Assembly (NCBI GenBank): GCA_963740315.1
Contig: CAVUDP010000003.1
Span: 352,001 to 416,000 of the forward strand
DNA length: 64,000 bases
Source of the DNA: an uncultured cyanobacterium
GTDB taxonomy: Bacteria > Cyanobacteriota > Cyanobacteriia > Cyanobacteriales > Nostocaceae
Direction: 5' to 3'
Below, piece by piece: positions 32,654-43,164 of the stretch; positions within the stretch are counted from its first letter, which is position 1, and every line of letters starts with the position of its first letter. The notes beneath the pieces were generated by a model. The model saw only the letters and a list, made by a program, of their open reading frames with translations. It did no database searches and was not told the DNA's origin. A program made the position numbers and the translations under genes.

Positions 32654-33571
32654 ATGTTAAAAATTTACACTAAGTTTTCTCCGAGTTTATTAAAATGCAA
32701 ACCAAGTTTATTTTTAAGTCTTTTTTTAGGAAGTTTAATTTTCACAAGTTGCGCGTCACAGTCTTATGACAAAAGTTATAGCGAGCCGCAGGGCATATCA
32801 TCTGATGCAGTTGAAGTTGCAGATGTTGCTCAAAACCAACCGTTACCTCAAAAAAAGCCGCAGCTAATTAAAAAAGCGAGAATTACGGTAATTGTTAAGT
32901 CTTTAGATAAAAGCGTTGATGCTGTAGAAAAAGTCATTAATCAACAAAAAGGCTATTTGCTTAGTTTAGAAGAAACACAACTTGATGATTCCTCCAAACG
33001 TGCTAACGCTACAGTTCAAATGCGAGTACCACAAAACCTTTTGGAAACAACTCTCAATCAATTAAGCGAATTGGGAACCGTACAAAGTCGCAGTATTAGC
33101 GCTGAAGATGTCGGCGAACAAATAGTTGATTTTCAAGCAAGATTGAGCAATTTACGCAGAACCGAAACTAATTTACAGAAAATTATGGATAAATCCGGTT
33201 CTGTCAAAGATATTTTAAGCGTTGCTCAAGAGCTTAGTAAGGTACGAGAACAAATTGAACGGATTACCGCTCAACTTAAAAACTTGCAAAGCCAAGTTGC
33301 TTATTCCACAATTACATTAAATTTAGAAGCTGCGGTTTCCAGTACTAGCAATCAACCTGGATTACCGTCACAAATTCAAGATGCCCTTCATAATTCCACT
33401 AATTCCTTCGGTGCATTTACCGTATCATTGATGAAATTAGGTATTTGGTTACTCGTATACAGTCCCTATTTAATAATTGTGGTTGCCGCTGCCTATTTTC
33501 TCAAACGTAGATTTCGTACTTCACCACGTTTAGGGCAAACTCCGCGATCGACGAATTCTGATAATAGTTAA
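32654..33571 (+). CDS. DUF4349 domain lipoprotein
   Basis: Lipobox FTSC, LIKKA...RVP...AEDV...VAYSTITL and a C-terminal TM. Confidence 0.85.
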   Translation: MLKIYTKFSPSLLKCKPSLFLSLFLGSLIFTSCASQSYDKSYSEPQGISSDAVEVADVAQNQPLPQKKPQLIKKARITVIVKSLDKSVDAVEKVINQQKGYLLSLEETQLDDSSKRANATVQMRVPQNLLETTLNQLSELGTVQSRSISAEDVGEQIVDFQARLSNLRRTETNLQKIMDKSGSVKDILSVAQELSKVREQIERITAQLKNLQSQVAYSTITLNLEAAVSSTSNQPGLPSQIQDALHNSTNSFGAFTVSLMKLGIWLLVYSPYLIIVVAAAYFLKRRFRTSPRLGQTPRSTNSDNS

Positions 33572-33903
33572 TTGTATTGGGCATGGGGCATGGAGCATGG
33601 GGAATTGAGAATTGGGAATTAAAACCAATTAAATTAATATATTTTGATTTTTCAATTGCGAATTGTTTTAACAAATTAATTTTTGTGACCAATGTAATTT
33701 TATCAGCTTATTTAATGATGCAGAGAGATAAACTAGGTATCTCAAAGATATCGGGTTTTTAAAAGGATGTGTTTCTTAGAAGAATGCCTTCTTAGACTTT
33801 TATCAAATAAGAAACATTCCGGAGATATTTTCAAAAGTATTGAAACCTTCGATAATTTCCTGGGTCGAAAAAATAATAGTTAAAGTAAAAAAATATAAAT
33901 AAA

Positions 33904-34120
33904 TGCCCTATGCCCTATGTCCCCTTCGGGTATCTCCTATGTCCTTCGGACACGCTGCGCTAACGGAGACGCCCTCGCCGCACGCCCTCGCCGCACCTAG
34001 CGGTGAACGCGTGTATCGCCTTTCAGGCGACGCAAGCCTTACTCGCGGCACGACTCGTTAGAGTAACGCTAACGCCACTTCTCTCGTACTGCGGGAGACG
34101 ACCCACAAGAGTGGACTCAA
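33904..34120. repeat. Composite of nested small dispersed repeats
   Basis: GC-rich patch with TTCG hairpins, duplicated CGCCCTCGCCGCA, and modules shared with 28964-29164. Confidence 0.75.
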
Positions 34121-34244
34121 TATGCCCATTTCTACTCATAAAAGTTTATAAAACCATAAAATAATCTGAGGTTTGTACTTTTTATCACGAAATAATGACC
34201 TTTAGGAATGCCAAGATATGTGTTAGCACAAGCGTATCCGAACT

Positions 34245-35774
34245 ATGCCAGAATTACGCCAATCAATCGCTCAGCATTACCACGAACGCACTAAGTATGA
34301 CCCAGAAACTATTAAAGCTAAAAATAAAGGCTTGGACTGGGCTAAACAACCCGTACCGTTTAAAGAGTACAAAATTGGTTCTCAGATCGATTTAAAACCT
34401 TATATCAAAGAAAAACTGCATCCCTCGGATAATACAGAAGCGCAATGGTGGCAAAGACTTTCTCGATTGCTGTTTTGCAGCTATGGTTTGACTGCGAGAA
34501 TGCCTTCGATGGGAAATACTGTGTACCTGCGTGCAGCACCTTCTGCGGGAGGTTTGTACCCAGCGGAGATGTATTTGCTCAGCCGGGGTACGTCACTTTT
34601 GCCTCCTGGTTTGTACAATTATCAATGCCGAACTCATTCCCTGATGCATTATTGGGAAAGTGATGTTTGGCAAAAATTGCAGTCAGCTTGTTTGGGAAAT
34701 TCTTCCTTAGAAAACACCGATCTAGCAATTGTCATCACTTCTGTTTTTTACCGCTCAGCTTGGCGCTATGAAGATAGGGCTTACCGGCGGATTTTCCTTG
34801 ATTCGGGACACCTTATAGGCAATATCGAATTAGCTGGCGCACTCACTGGCTATCGTCCCCATCTAATCGGCGGTTTTGTTGATGATGATGTTAACGAACT
34901 ACTTTACATCGACTCCAAACTTGAAGGCGCGATCGCAGTTGTTGGTTTGGATGATTTACAAGGTATGAAGCAAAATTCTCCTATTGCGCGTACTGCTTTA
35001 CCTTCGGCGACCGAAACTGATTATCCACAAATTCCTGACGGACAACTGCTCGATTATTTTCATTCGGCTACGCAGATTCAGCCCGGTACTACTGCTAAAT
35101 TAAATTTACCCGAAGCAAATCTTGATAAGTCGATTGACGACAAATATAACTTTAGTTTCTGCGATAAACTTTCTACCGTTACCAAACCCATTTCCTGGGG
35201 TGAAAACCTCGAACAGCTAGAAGAAACAATTCTCAAACGTCGTTCCACTCGTGCTTTTAGCGGTGATACATTGCAATTTGATGAGTTAAAAGCTTTATTA
35301 GATTTCACTTATCAACCTCAAAATTACGTCAACCAAAATTTAGATAATTCTCCAGACTATTTCGATTTAAATCTAATCGAAACCTTCATTGCTGTTTCTG
35401 GAGTGGAAGGTTTAGAAAGAGGTTGTTACTACTACGCCCCCAAAGCCCAAGAATTGCGACAAATACGGTTTAAAAACTTCCGAAGAGAATTACATTTCCT
35501 TTGTTTGGGACAAGACTTAGGAAGAGATGCGGCTGCGGTAATTTTCCATACTGCCGACCTCAAAAACGCTGTTGCTCAATACGGCGATCGCGTTTACCGC
35601 TATTTGCATATGGATGCCGGACATTTGGGGCAGAGACTGAATTTAAGTGCAATCCATTTAGGTTTAGGCGTTAGCGGTATTGGTGGATTTTTTGATGACA
35701 AAGTAAATGAAGTTCTCGGCATTCCTACAGACGAAGCAGTACTGTACATAACTACTTTAGGAAGACCCAGATAA
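34245..35774 (+). CDS. SagB/ThcOx-type FMN dehydrogenase (double nitroreductase domain)
   Basis: YHERTKY, RAAPSAGGLYP, KRRSTR and YGDRVYRYLHMDAGH. Confidence 0.9.
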   Translation: MPELRQSIAQHYHERTKYDPETIKAKNKGLDWAKQPVPFKEYKIGSQIDLKPYIKEKLHPSDNTEAQWWQRLSRLLFCSYGLTARMPSMGNTVYLRAAPSAGGLYPAEMYLLSRGTSLLPPGLYNYQCRTHSLMHYWESDVWQKLQSACLGNSSLENTDLAIVITSVFYRSAWRYEDRAYRRIFLDSGHLIGNIELAGALTGYRPHLIGGFVDDDVNELLYIDSKLEGAIAVVGLDDLQGMKQNSPIARTALPSATETDYPQIPDGQLLDYFHSATQIQPGTTAKLNLPEANLDKSIDDKYNFSFCDKLSTVTKPISWGENLEQLEETILKRRSTRAFSGDTLQFDELKALLDFTYQPQNYVNQNLDNSPDYFDLNLIETFIAVSGVEGLERGCYYYAPKAQELRQIRFKNFRRELHFLCLGQDLGRDAAAVIFHTADLKNAVAQYGDRVYRYLHMDAGHLGQRLNLSAIHLGLGVSGIGGFFDDKVNEVLGIPTDEAVLYITTLGRPR

Positions 35775-36357
35775 ATCTAGCTGTGATGGAGGAGTATTTA
35801 CGCCGATTCTTTGTAAATTTAAGTTTAATATTTGGTTAATAATTAGCAACAAATATAAAGGCTTTTTATTATATCGTTAAGTAATATTAATATGAACCTT
35901 TATTAAGAATCGGTATTCTCTCCATAAGGCGATCGCAAACAAAACAAAATTCACACTTTAACGCGATCGAACCGTTAAAATACTTATATTTAAGATAATT
36001 CTCTAACAATGAAAGTTTGAGGTAACAAGAAACGGGACAAAGCAAAATAGCTTTAGATCGCGCCGAATAACTACTGAAATCGAACGATAGAATGGTTAAT
36101 ATTAAAATTGGACTGAAAATTTATTTACACAGAAGTAGGTGAAATAGCCTTTTGCTCTTGTAACGCTTATCAATTCATTAATAAAACTTTTTCAACATAA
36201 CACAATATGAATATTCCTTGTAGTAGATGCGTAATCGTAAAGTCTTTTGTTAGTGGAATTATCACCGTATATTCACATAGATTCCTTAAATTAGTTTTAT
36301 TAATATCCACAAAACAGACATTTTTGAGTTATAACCTTTAAAATGAATTGTCAACCT

Positions 36358-36400
36358 GTAATATTACTTACCCAACTTCCGTTAATATCAGTTTTATAAT
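36358..36400 (+). promoter_or_regulatory. Putative NtcA-activated promoter
   Basis: GTA-ATATTACT-TAC (36358-36371), a 23-nt spacer, then TATAAT (36395-36400). Confidence 0.6.
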
Positions 36401-36607
36401 CGGCAGCCAAAGCCTTCTTTGCACTAATTGCTAATAAAGGAATATTCCCGAACAATTAGCAAATATGCTGAATACTGTATGTGGCATACGTGAAGTTCCA
36501 CAGAATATTACTTAAAACCATTTGCATTCAAGGATTAACAATCCCTCAATTTATCTCGCTCTCGTAATAAATCAAAAAATTATCTGCTTTGACATTTAGA
36601 GGTATCA

Positions 36608-37369
36608 ATGACAATTAATAGTTTTACTGAAGCAAGAAGACCAAGAAGACCAGTTAAACAGCAACTGGAATATCAAAGACCAGAATATCAACGACCAAAT
36701 TTGATAGTTCCTGATGTTCCACCTGTGCCCAATGTTCCTGACGACTACATGGAAACACCAGAGATTGGTGCGGATGGGAGTATTTTCACTTGTCCCAATC
36801 GCGGTAGAGTGGCAATTTTCATCGATGGTGCAAATTTATTTTATGCAGCATTGCAGCTTGGGATTGAAATTAACTATGCCAAACTACTGAGCTGCTTGGC
36901 GAAAGATTCAAAATTGTTGCGTGCATTCTTCTACACGGGAGTAGATCCAACTAACGAAAAACAGCAGGGTTTTTTGTTGTGGATGCGTCGGAATGGCTAT
37001 CGCGTCATCACCAAGGATTTAGTACAGTTCCCAGATGGTTCTAAAAAAGCCAACCTTGATGTTGAAATTGCTGTAGACATGATGAACTTAGCCCCTTACT
37101 ACGACACTGCGGTGTTAGTAAGCGGTGATGGCGATTTAGCTTATGCAGTAAATGCAGTCTCCTATCAAGGTTCCAGAGTAGAAGTAGTTAGCTTGCGCTC
37201 AATGACAAGTGAAAGCTTAATTGATGTTGCCGACTGCTTCGTAGATTTAGACACAATCAAAAAACACATTCAAAAAGAATCAGATTCAGAGTACAGCTAT
37301 AGACCGTTATCAAATTTTGACATACACCCACCAATTCATGCCGAACAACCACATTACCCAAAATCATAA
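36608..37369 (+). CDS. NYN domain (LabA/DUF88) protein
   Basis: AIFIDGANLFY, KANLDVEIAVD and LVSGDGD. Confidence 0.92.
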   Translation: MTINSFTEARRPRRPVKQQLEYQRPEYQRPNLIVPDVPPVPNVPDDYMETPEIGADGSIFTCPNRGRVAIFIDGANLFYAALQLGIEINYAKLLSCLAKDSKLLRAFFYTGVDPTNEKQQGFLLWMRRNGYRVITKDLVQFPDGSKKANLDVEIAVDMMNLAPYYDTAVLVSGDGDLAYAVNAVSYQGSRVEVVSLRSMTSESLIDVADCFVDLDTIKKHIQKESDSEYSYRPLSNFDIHPPIHAEQPHYPKS

Positions 37370-37661
37370 TTAATAATTCGTGATTCGTAGTTATGAAGCA
37401 ATTTTAGGTTTTAGATTTTAGATTTTGGATTGAAACTCAAAGGGCTTTAAGACTATAGCGGAATTGCCAAACTAAAATCTTGAAGCCTTTGGATTTACAG
37501 CAAATTTCATTTTGATTAAGTACAATTGTACGGGCAAAGATGCTTATTTTTGTATTTGATTTAACTGGATGCTGTATCCATAGATTTAATCCAAAATCCA
37601 AAATTTAAAATCCAAAATCCAAAATCGAATTGAGTCACAATTGCGAATCGCGATTTGTAAA

Positions 37662-39266
37662 TTATGAGGCAGGTATTTCTAGGCTGTAGAGGGTTTTTCC
37701 TATCTTATTATGCAGTGCAACGCTCATAACTTTGGTTTGAGAATTGATTTTGACCGTACCAAAAAACTGCAAACCATCTTTTGGGGATCTATTTGGTTTC
37801 ATTGTTGAATCCACGCTTTGAAACTTAACTTGCGGACCAAAAGTATTATCTAGCTGATTTGGTCCGAAAGTACCAGAATTCAAAGGACCGGCGACAAACT
37901 CCCAAAATGGTGTAAATTCGGTAAACTGTGCCTTGTTGGGGTCGTAATAATGGGCTGCTGCATAATGTACGTCAGCAGTTAACCATACCACATTGCGGAT
38001 ATTTTTCTGTTTAATAAAACGCAATAAATCGGCAATCTCTAATTCACGCCCCAACGGCACACCATCACCGTTAGATGCATTTTCAAAATTGGTTTTACCA
38101 TCTTTAACTAACAACCCGATGGGCATATCCGAAGCAACAACTTTCCAAGTAGCAGTTGAATTTAATAACTGATTTTTCAACCAACTTAGTTGATAATTAC
38201 CCAAAAACGCCGTTTCTGCACTTGCTTGAGGCTGACGATTAGCTGAATTAGCTCCTCGGTAGCTGCGTTCGTCTAACATGAAAACTTCTAAATTAGACCC
38301 ATATTTATAAGAACGATAAATTTGTTCTGGGTCATTATAGTTAAAGCGTATGGGTGTATATTCCATAAACGCTTGTTTCGCTCTGGCTGCTAGTAAAGAA
38401 ACGCTTTTAACTTTGTAGCGATCGTCCTCATCTAACATTTTGCCGGGATACCAATTATTAACGGTTTCGTGGTCATCCCACTGCACCAACTGCGGAACTT
38501 CAGCATTAAACCGCTTCACATTTTCATCAAGCAAATTATAAACATAATTACCGCGAAACTCCTGTAAAGTTTCCGCAACCTTGGACTTTTCCGGGGTAAC
38601 AATATTCTTCCAAATACTGCCGTCATCCAACTTCACCGTACTCTCAATTGGAACATCGGCGTAGATATAATCACCAGAGTGAATAAAAAAATCCGGTTTT
38701 AATTGCCGAATTGTTTCGTAGATTTTCATACCGCCAAAGTCTGGATTAATACCCCAACCTTGTCCGGCAGTGTCTCCAGACCATGCAAAAAAGATATCGC
38801 CGTTTTGTGCGGGAGTGCGTAAATTACCCACAGATGGGGCGCTGTAAGTATTGATATCGGCTAAATCCTGAAAAATCACGCGGTAAAAAAGTTGCTCTCC
38901 ACTTGGTAAATTACTTAAATTGACTCGCGCTGTAAAATCGCTAACTTCCAAAGCCGCAGGACCAATTACCCGTTTTGCATCCTTGAAAGATTCATTTGTG
39001 GCATAATCAACAATCATTCGAGCCGGTTTATCGCTACGACTCCAAATAACCGCGCTATTTGAGTTAATATCGCCGCTAGCAACACCATAAGGTATTTTTG
39101 GACGCATTTTATTCGATGTGATAATAGCTGGTGCTTGAGCAAAACTTTTATTTTGTAAAAACTTCGTGGCAATGATTCCAGAAGTTGCGATAGCGAAGCG
39201 CTGCTGCAAGCAGAACGCGCTACCTATTAAAAAGCGGCGGCGAGATTGTGAGAAGTTGGGATTCAT
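37662..39266 (-). CDS. phoD: Alkaline phosphatase D with Tat signal peptide
   Basis: SRRRFL Tat motif, GVASGD, HSGDYIYAD, WDDHE and TADVH. Confidence 0.93.
   Translation of the reverse strand: MNPNFSQSRRRFLIGSAFCLQQRFAIATSGIIATKFLQNKSFAQAPAIITSNKMRPKIPYGVASGDINSNSAVIWSRSDKPARMIVDYATNESFKDAKRVIGPAALEVSDFTARVNLSNLPSGEQLFYRVIFQDLADINTYSAPSVGNLRTPAQNGDIFFAWSGDTAGQGWGINPDFGGMKIYETIRQLKPDFFIHSGDYIYADVPIESTVKLDDGSIWKNIVTPEKSKVAETLQEFRGNYVYNLLDENVKRFNAEVPQLVQWDDHETVNNWYPGKMLDEDDRYKVKSVSLLAARAKQAFMEYTPIRFNYNDPEQIYRSYKYGSNLEVFMLDERSYRGANSANRQPQASAETAFLGNYQLSWLKNQLLNSTATWKVVASDMPIGLLVKDGKTNFENASNGDGVPLGRELEIADLLRFIKQKNIRNVVWLTADVHYAAAHYYDPNKAQFTEFTPFWEFVAGPLNSGTFGPNQLDNTFGPQVKFQSVDSTMKPNRSPKDGLQFFGTVKINSQTKVMSVALHNKIGKTLYSLEIPAS
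39187..39218. mobile_element. 24-bp small dispersed repeat inserted in a HIP1 site within phoD
   Basis: GCGATAGCGAAGCGCTGCTGCAAGCAGAACGC. Removing 24 nt restores GCGATCGC and the peptide GSAIATSG. Confidence 0.7.
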
Positions 39267-39459
39267 TTTTAGTAATTATTGTTGAGTACAAAATCATTTT
39301 TTTGCCTACATTCTCGCTTATGAAATAATTTTCCGCAATTTTACCCAAATTAATTTAGATAATTGTTGACATACTTAAAATATCTGGCGCTTTGTTACCG
39401 CATCTACACAAGCAAAACCCACCTGCGTGGGTTTAATAAAATTTTCATAAATAAATATA

Positions 39460-40911
39460 ATGACAAATCAAATATTACAAGAAAGGTACGAAATTCAAAG
39501 TCAATTAGGAAAAAATCCCGGACGAAAAACTCTGTTAGCAAAAGATTTAGAAACTCAAGAATTAGTAGTTGTTAAATTACTTAACTTTGATGCTGAATTT
39601 AAATGGCAAGATTTAAAGTTATTTGAAAGAGAAGCGCAAATTCTTCAAGAACTTTCACATCCAGCTATTCCGAATTATCTCGATTCTTTTGAAGTTGATT
39701 TACCAGATATTAAAGGTTTTGGTTTAGTACAAAATTATATCCCTGCCAAATCTTTAGAAGAACATTTGCAATCGGGACGTAGTTTTAGCGAAACAGATGT
39801 CAAGCAAATCGCCAAAGCATTATTAGAAGTCTTGAATTATCTCCATTCCAGACAACCTGCTGTTATTCACCGAGATATTAAACCCAGCAATATTTTATTA
39901 GGAAATCGCTCTGGCAATCATGCTGGTGATGTTTATCTAATCGATTTTGGTGCTGTGAAAACCGCAGCGCAGCAACAAGGTGGAACTATGACTGTAGTTG
40001 GAACTTACGGCTACATGGCTCAAGAACAATTTGGTGGGCGTGCTGTAGCTGCTTCTGATTTATACAGTTTGGGTGCAACTTTGATTTATTTAGTTACTGG
40101 TAGTCATCCCGCTGATTTATTGGGGGATGACATGGTAATTGAATTTGAGGAATCGGTTAATTTGAGTCCTTATTTTATTAAATGGCTGAAAGGGATGACT
40201 CAAACTACTATTAAAAATCGTCCATCTTCAGCAGAAGCAGCGTTAAAAGAGTTGGAAAATCCGACAGTTGTTCAATCGAAGTTAGTAGTTAGTCAGCCGA
40301 AGGGTAGTAAGGTTAAGTTAACAAATAATAAAGATGAATTAGAGATAATAATTCCTTCACCAGGTTTTAGTTTTGAACTTGGAATGATATCTTTATTAAT
40401 GTTTTTTATGCTTTCGGCAATAACATTTATCACAGTATTTACATTCGGATTAATTTTGATAACAGTAGTCCCGATTATTTTTTGGATTGGGGTTATAAGC
40501 GGATGGAAACAAATTTTATTTACGATATTTGGATTAACTCGTATTTATATTAATCAAGAGAAAATTAAAATTACATACGAACTATTTGGTTCAAAATTAT
40601 CTAAACCTGATTCTAGTCCGCGCAATGATATTTGTAAACTGGAAATTGTTGGAAGAACCACACATGAAAATACTATAGGTAAATATGAGATTCCAGCTAG
40701 ATTGATTATTTGGGCTGGAACCCGTAATCATGAACTCGGCACTTTTTTATTAGATAAAGGATGTACGGGATTAAAAATAGATCCTAAATTTCTCACTTCA
40801 CCGGAAATAGATTGGTTAGCTCAAGAATTAAGTGATTTCTTGGATTTACCGATTACTAGAGATTCACTTCGTAGGTTAGCTTCACGGTGCTTGAATAATC
40901 ATGATATTTAA
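39460..40911 (+). CDS. Ser/Thr protein kinase with C-terminal membrane region (paralog 1)
   Basis: VVVK, HRDIKPSN, DFG and GTYGYMA, followed by two TM segments. Confidence 0.93.
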   Translation: MTNQILQERYEIQSQLGKNPGRKTLLAKDLETQELVVVKLLNFDAEFKWQDLKLFEREAQILQELSHPAIPNYLDSFEVDLPDIKGFGLVQNYIPAKSLEEHLQSGRSFSETDVKQIAKALLEVLNYLHSRQPAVIHRDIKPSNILLGNRSGNHAGDVYLIDFGAVKTAAQQQGGTMTVVGTYGYMAQEQFGGRAVAASDLYSLGATLIYLVTGSHPADLLGDDMVIEFEESVNLSPYFIKWLKGMTQTTIKNRPSSAEAALKELENPTVVQSKLVVSQPKGSKVKLTNNKDELEIIIPSPGFSFELGMISLLMFFMLSAITFITVFTFGLILITVVPIIFWIGVISGWKQILFTIFGLTRIYINQEKIKITYELFGSKLSKPDSSPRNDICKLEIVGRTTHENTIGKYEIPARLIIWAGTRNHELGTFLLDKGCTGLKIDPKFLTSPEIDWLAQELSDFLDLPITRDSLRRLASRCLNNHDI

Positions 40912-41062
40912 CAAAAAATTGATATCAGCACCGTAACCCAACGTTCAATTATGGCTATTACGAAATATCTTTATTTATTCACAATGCTGATGTTGGGTTA
41001 CGACACGGTATTTAAACTTGAGTTACAAACTAAATTTCCGAATCGTATCTAAGCCAACCTAC
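40871..41062. repeat. REPIN-like element overlapping the 3' end of kinase 1
   Basis: GTAGGTT...CCGTAACCCAAC...TGTTGGGTTACGACAC...AACCTAC. Confidence 0.8.
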
Positions 41063-41101
41063 GAACGAATAAAAATTTTAAGCAATTAAAACATAAATAT
41101 A

Positions 41102-42457
41102 ATGACAAACCAAATATTACAAGAAAGGTACGAAATTCAAAGCCAATTAGGAAAAAATCCCGGACGAAAAACTCTGCTAGCAAAAGATTTAGAAACTCAA
41201 GAATTAGTAGTTGTTAAATTACTTAACTTTGATGCTGAATTTAAATGGCAAGATTTGAAGTTATTTGAAAGAGAAGCGCAAATTATTCAAGAACTTTCAC
41301 ATCCAGCTATTCCGAATTATCTCGATTCTTTTGAAGTTGATTTACCAGATATTAAAGGTTTTGGTTTAGTACAAAATTATATCCCTGCTAAATCGTTGCA
41401 AGAACATTTGCAATCAGGACGTACTTTTAGCGAAACGGAAATTAAGCAAATTGCCAAAGCTTTATTATCCGTATTAACTTATTTGCATTTGAGACAACCT
41501 GCTGTTATTCACCGCGATATCAAACCCAGCAATATTTTACTAGGCGATCGCTCTGGCAATCATGCTGGTGATGTTTATCTAATCGATTTTGGTGCTGTGA
41601 AAACCGCAGCGCAGCAACAAGGTGGAACTATGACTGTAGTTGGAACTTACGGCTACATGGCTCAAGAACAATTTGGTGGGCGTGCTGTACCTGCTTCCGA
41701 TTTATATAGTTTGGGTGCAACGTTAATTTATTTAGTTACTGGTAGTCATCCTGCGGATTTGTTAGGGGATGAGATGTTGATTGAGTTTGAGGAATCGGTT
41801 AATTTAAGTTCCGATTTTATTAATTGGCTTAAATGGATGACTCAGACTACTTTGAAAAAACGACCAATTTCGGCGGAAGTTGCTTTGGAAGAGTTGGAAA
41901 ATCCGACAATTGTAGAGTCGAAGTTAGTAGTTAGGAAGCCGCAGGGTAGTAAAGTTAAATTGACGAAGGGGAAAGATTATTTAGAAATTTTGAGTCCTCC
42001 TGGCGGCTCTATTTTAATGGCATTAATAGTGTGGCTTTTTTCAATATTTTGGTTTACGATGGCATTGATTACACCCAATTGGTTAACTATTTCTATTGGA
42101 TTTTTAGTAATGTCTACATTGCTATTTAATTCTGTGTTTTCTGTATTTGGCTTTAGTATTCTTCATGTTAATCAAGATGAAATAAAACTTACTAGTAAGC
42201 TATTTGGTATTAAATATAATGTACAAACTGCAAGCCACAGAAGCGATATCAGTAAATTAGAAATTGTTGGTAGGACTATAGATACAACTGCTAAAGGAAA
42301 TCCGGAAATTCCACCGAGATTAATTATTTGGGCTGGTAAACATCAATATGAGCTTAGAAACGCATATTTAACTCCACCGGAAATAGACTGGTTAGCTCAA
42401 GAATTGAGCGATTTCTTGAAGTTACCGATTAGTAGCGATACAGTTAGTAGTTCGTAG
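41102..42457 (+). CDS. Ser/Thr protein kinase with C-terminal membrane region (paralog 2)
   Basis: Kinase domain is near-identical to 39460, while the TM region differs. Confidence 0.93.
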   Translation: MTNQILQERYEIQSQLGKNPGRKTLLAKDLETQELVVVKLLNFDAEFKWQDLKLFEREAQIIQELSHPAIPNYLDSFEVDLPDIKGFGLVQNYIPAKSLQEHLQSGRTFSETEIKQIAKALLSVLTYLHLRQPAVIHRDIKPSNILLGDRSGNHAGDVYLIDFGAVKTAAQQQGGTMTVVGTYGYMAQEQFGGRAVPASDLYSLGATLIYLVTGSHPADLLGDEMLIEFEESVNLSSDFINWLKWMTQTTLKKRPISAEVALEELENPTIVESKLVVRKPQGSKVKLTKGKDYLEILSPPGGSILMALIVWLFSIFWFTMALITPNWLTISIGFLVMSTLLFNSVFSVFGFSILHVNQDEIKLTSKLFGIKYNVQTASHRSDISKLEIVGRTIDTTAKGNPEIPPRLIIWAGKHQYELRNAYLTPPEIDWLAQELSDFLKLPISSDTVSSS

Positions 42458-42744
42458 GTTAGCTTCACGGTGCTTGAATAATCATCATATTTAACAATAA
42501 ATTGATATTGGCACCGTAACCTAACATTCAATTTATGGGTATTACGAAATATCTTTATTTATTCACAATACTGCTGTTGGGTTACGACACGGTATTTAAA
42601 TTTTGGTTACAAATTGAATTCTTCAATCGTGTCTAACCCAAACTACAAATTCAAAGATTTATTAGTTAGTAGGTTGCGATCGCGGTGCATGAAAAATCAT
42701 CATATTTAACTATAAGTTGATATTAGCACCGTAACCCAACCTAC
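42454..42744. repeat. REPIN-like element (42454-42646) plus a partial third copy (42669-42744)
   Basis: Same layout as 40871-41062. The GTAG supplies the kinase 2 stop codon. Confidence 0.8.
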
Positions 42745-43164
42745 AAATTCAAAGAAACAAATGTAATTGACTTTTCAACTTATTTTGATAAAATTAATGT
42801 ATAAATAAAAACCAGTGTATTTGTTCGTAAATAGAAAATTTACTTTTTTGTTTGTGAGATATTAAGTAATTAATGTCTCAGGTTTTGTAGGTTATATGGT
42901 TACTCTTTGACGAGAGTTTCATAAATTATTAATAGCATTCAATCGGTTTGTAAAAAATTGTATGAGTTATTTTCATAAATATCGCTAGTAGTGCGAGCAT
43001 CTTGCTCGCTAGCTGCTAATAGAAAGCGAGATCCGGACACTCCGAATTTATTACCAACTCAAAACGATCGGGAACAAAGCACTAGTACAATCTCTACAAA
43101 TTCTAAAACAGAGGTAGAATTTATTATTTTTATTTTTAATTACGCAAAATTTTGGTACTGACTT

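Noticed and set aside
34245..35774. RiPP (azole) biosynthetic cluster
   Set aside because: The SagB-type dehydrogenase stands alone, with no YcaO, precursor peptide or transporter nearby.
39460..42457. Diversity-generating retroelement behind kinase or TA variation
   Set aside because: No reverse transcriptase is present and the differences are not adenine-specific.
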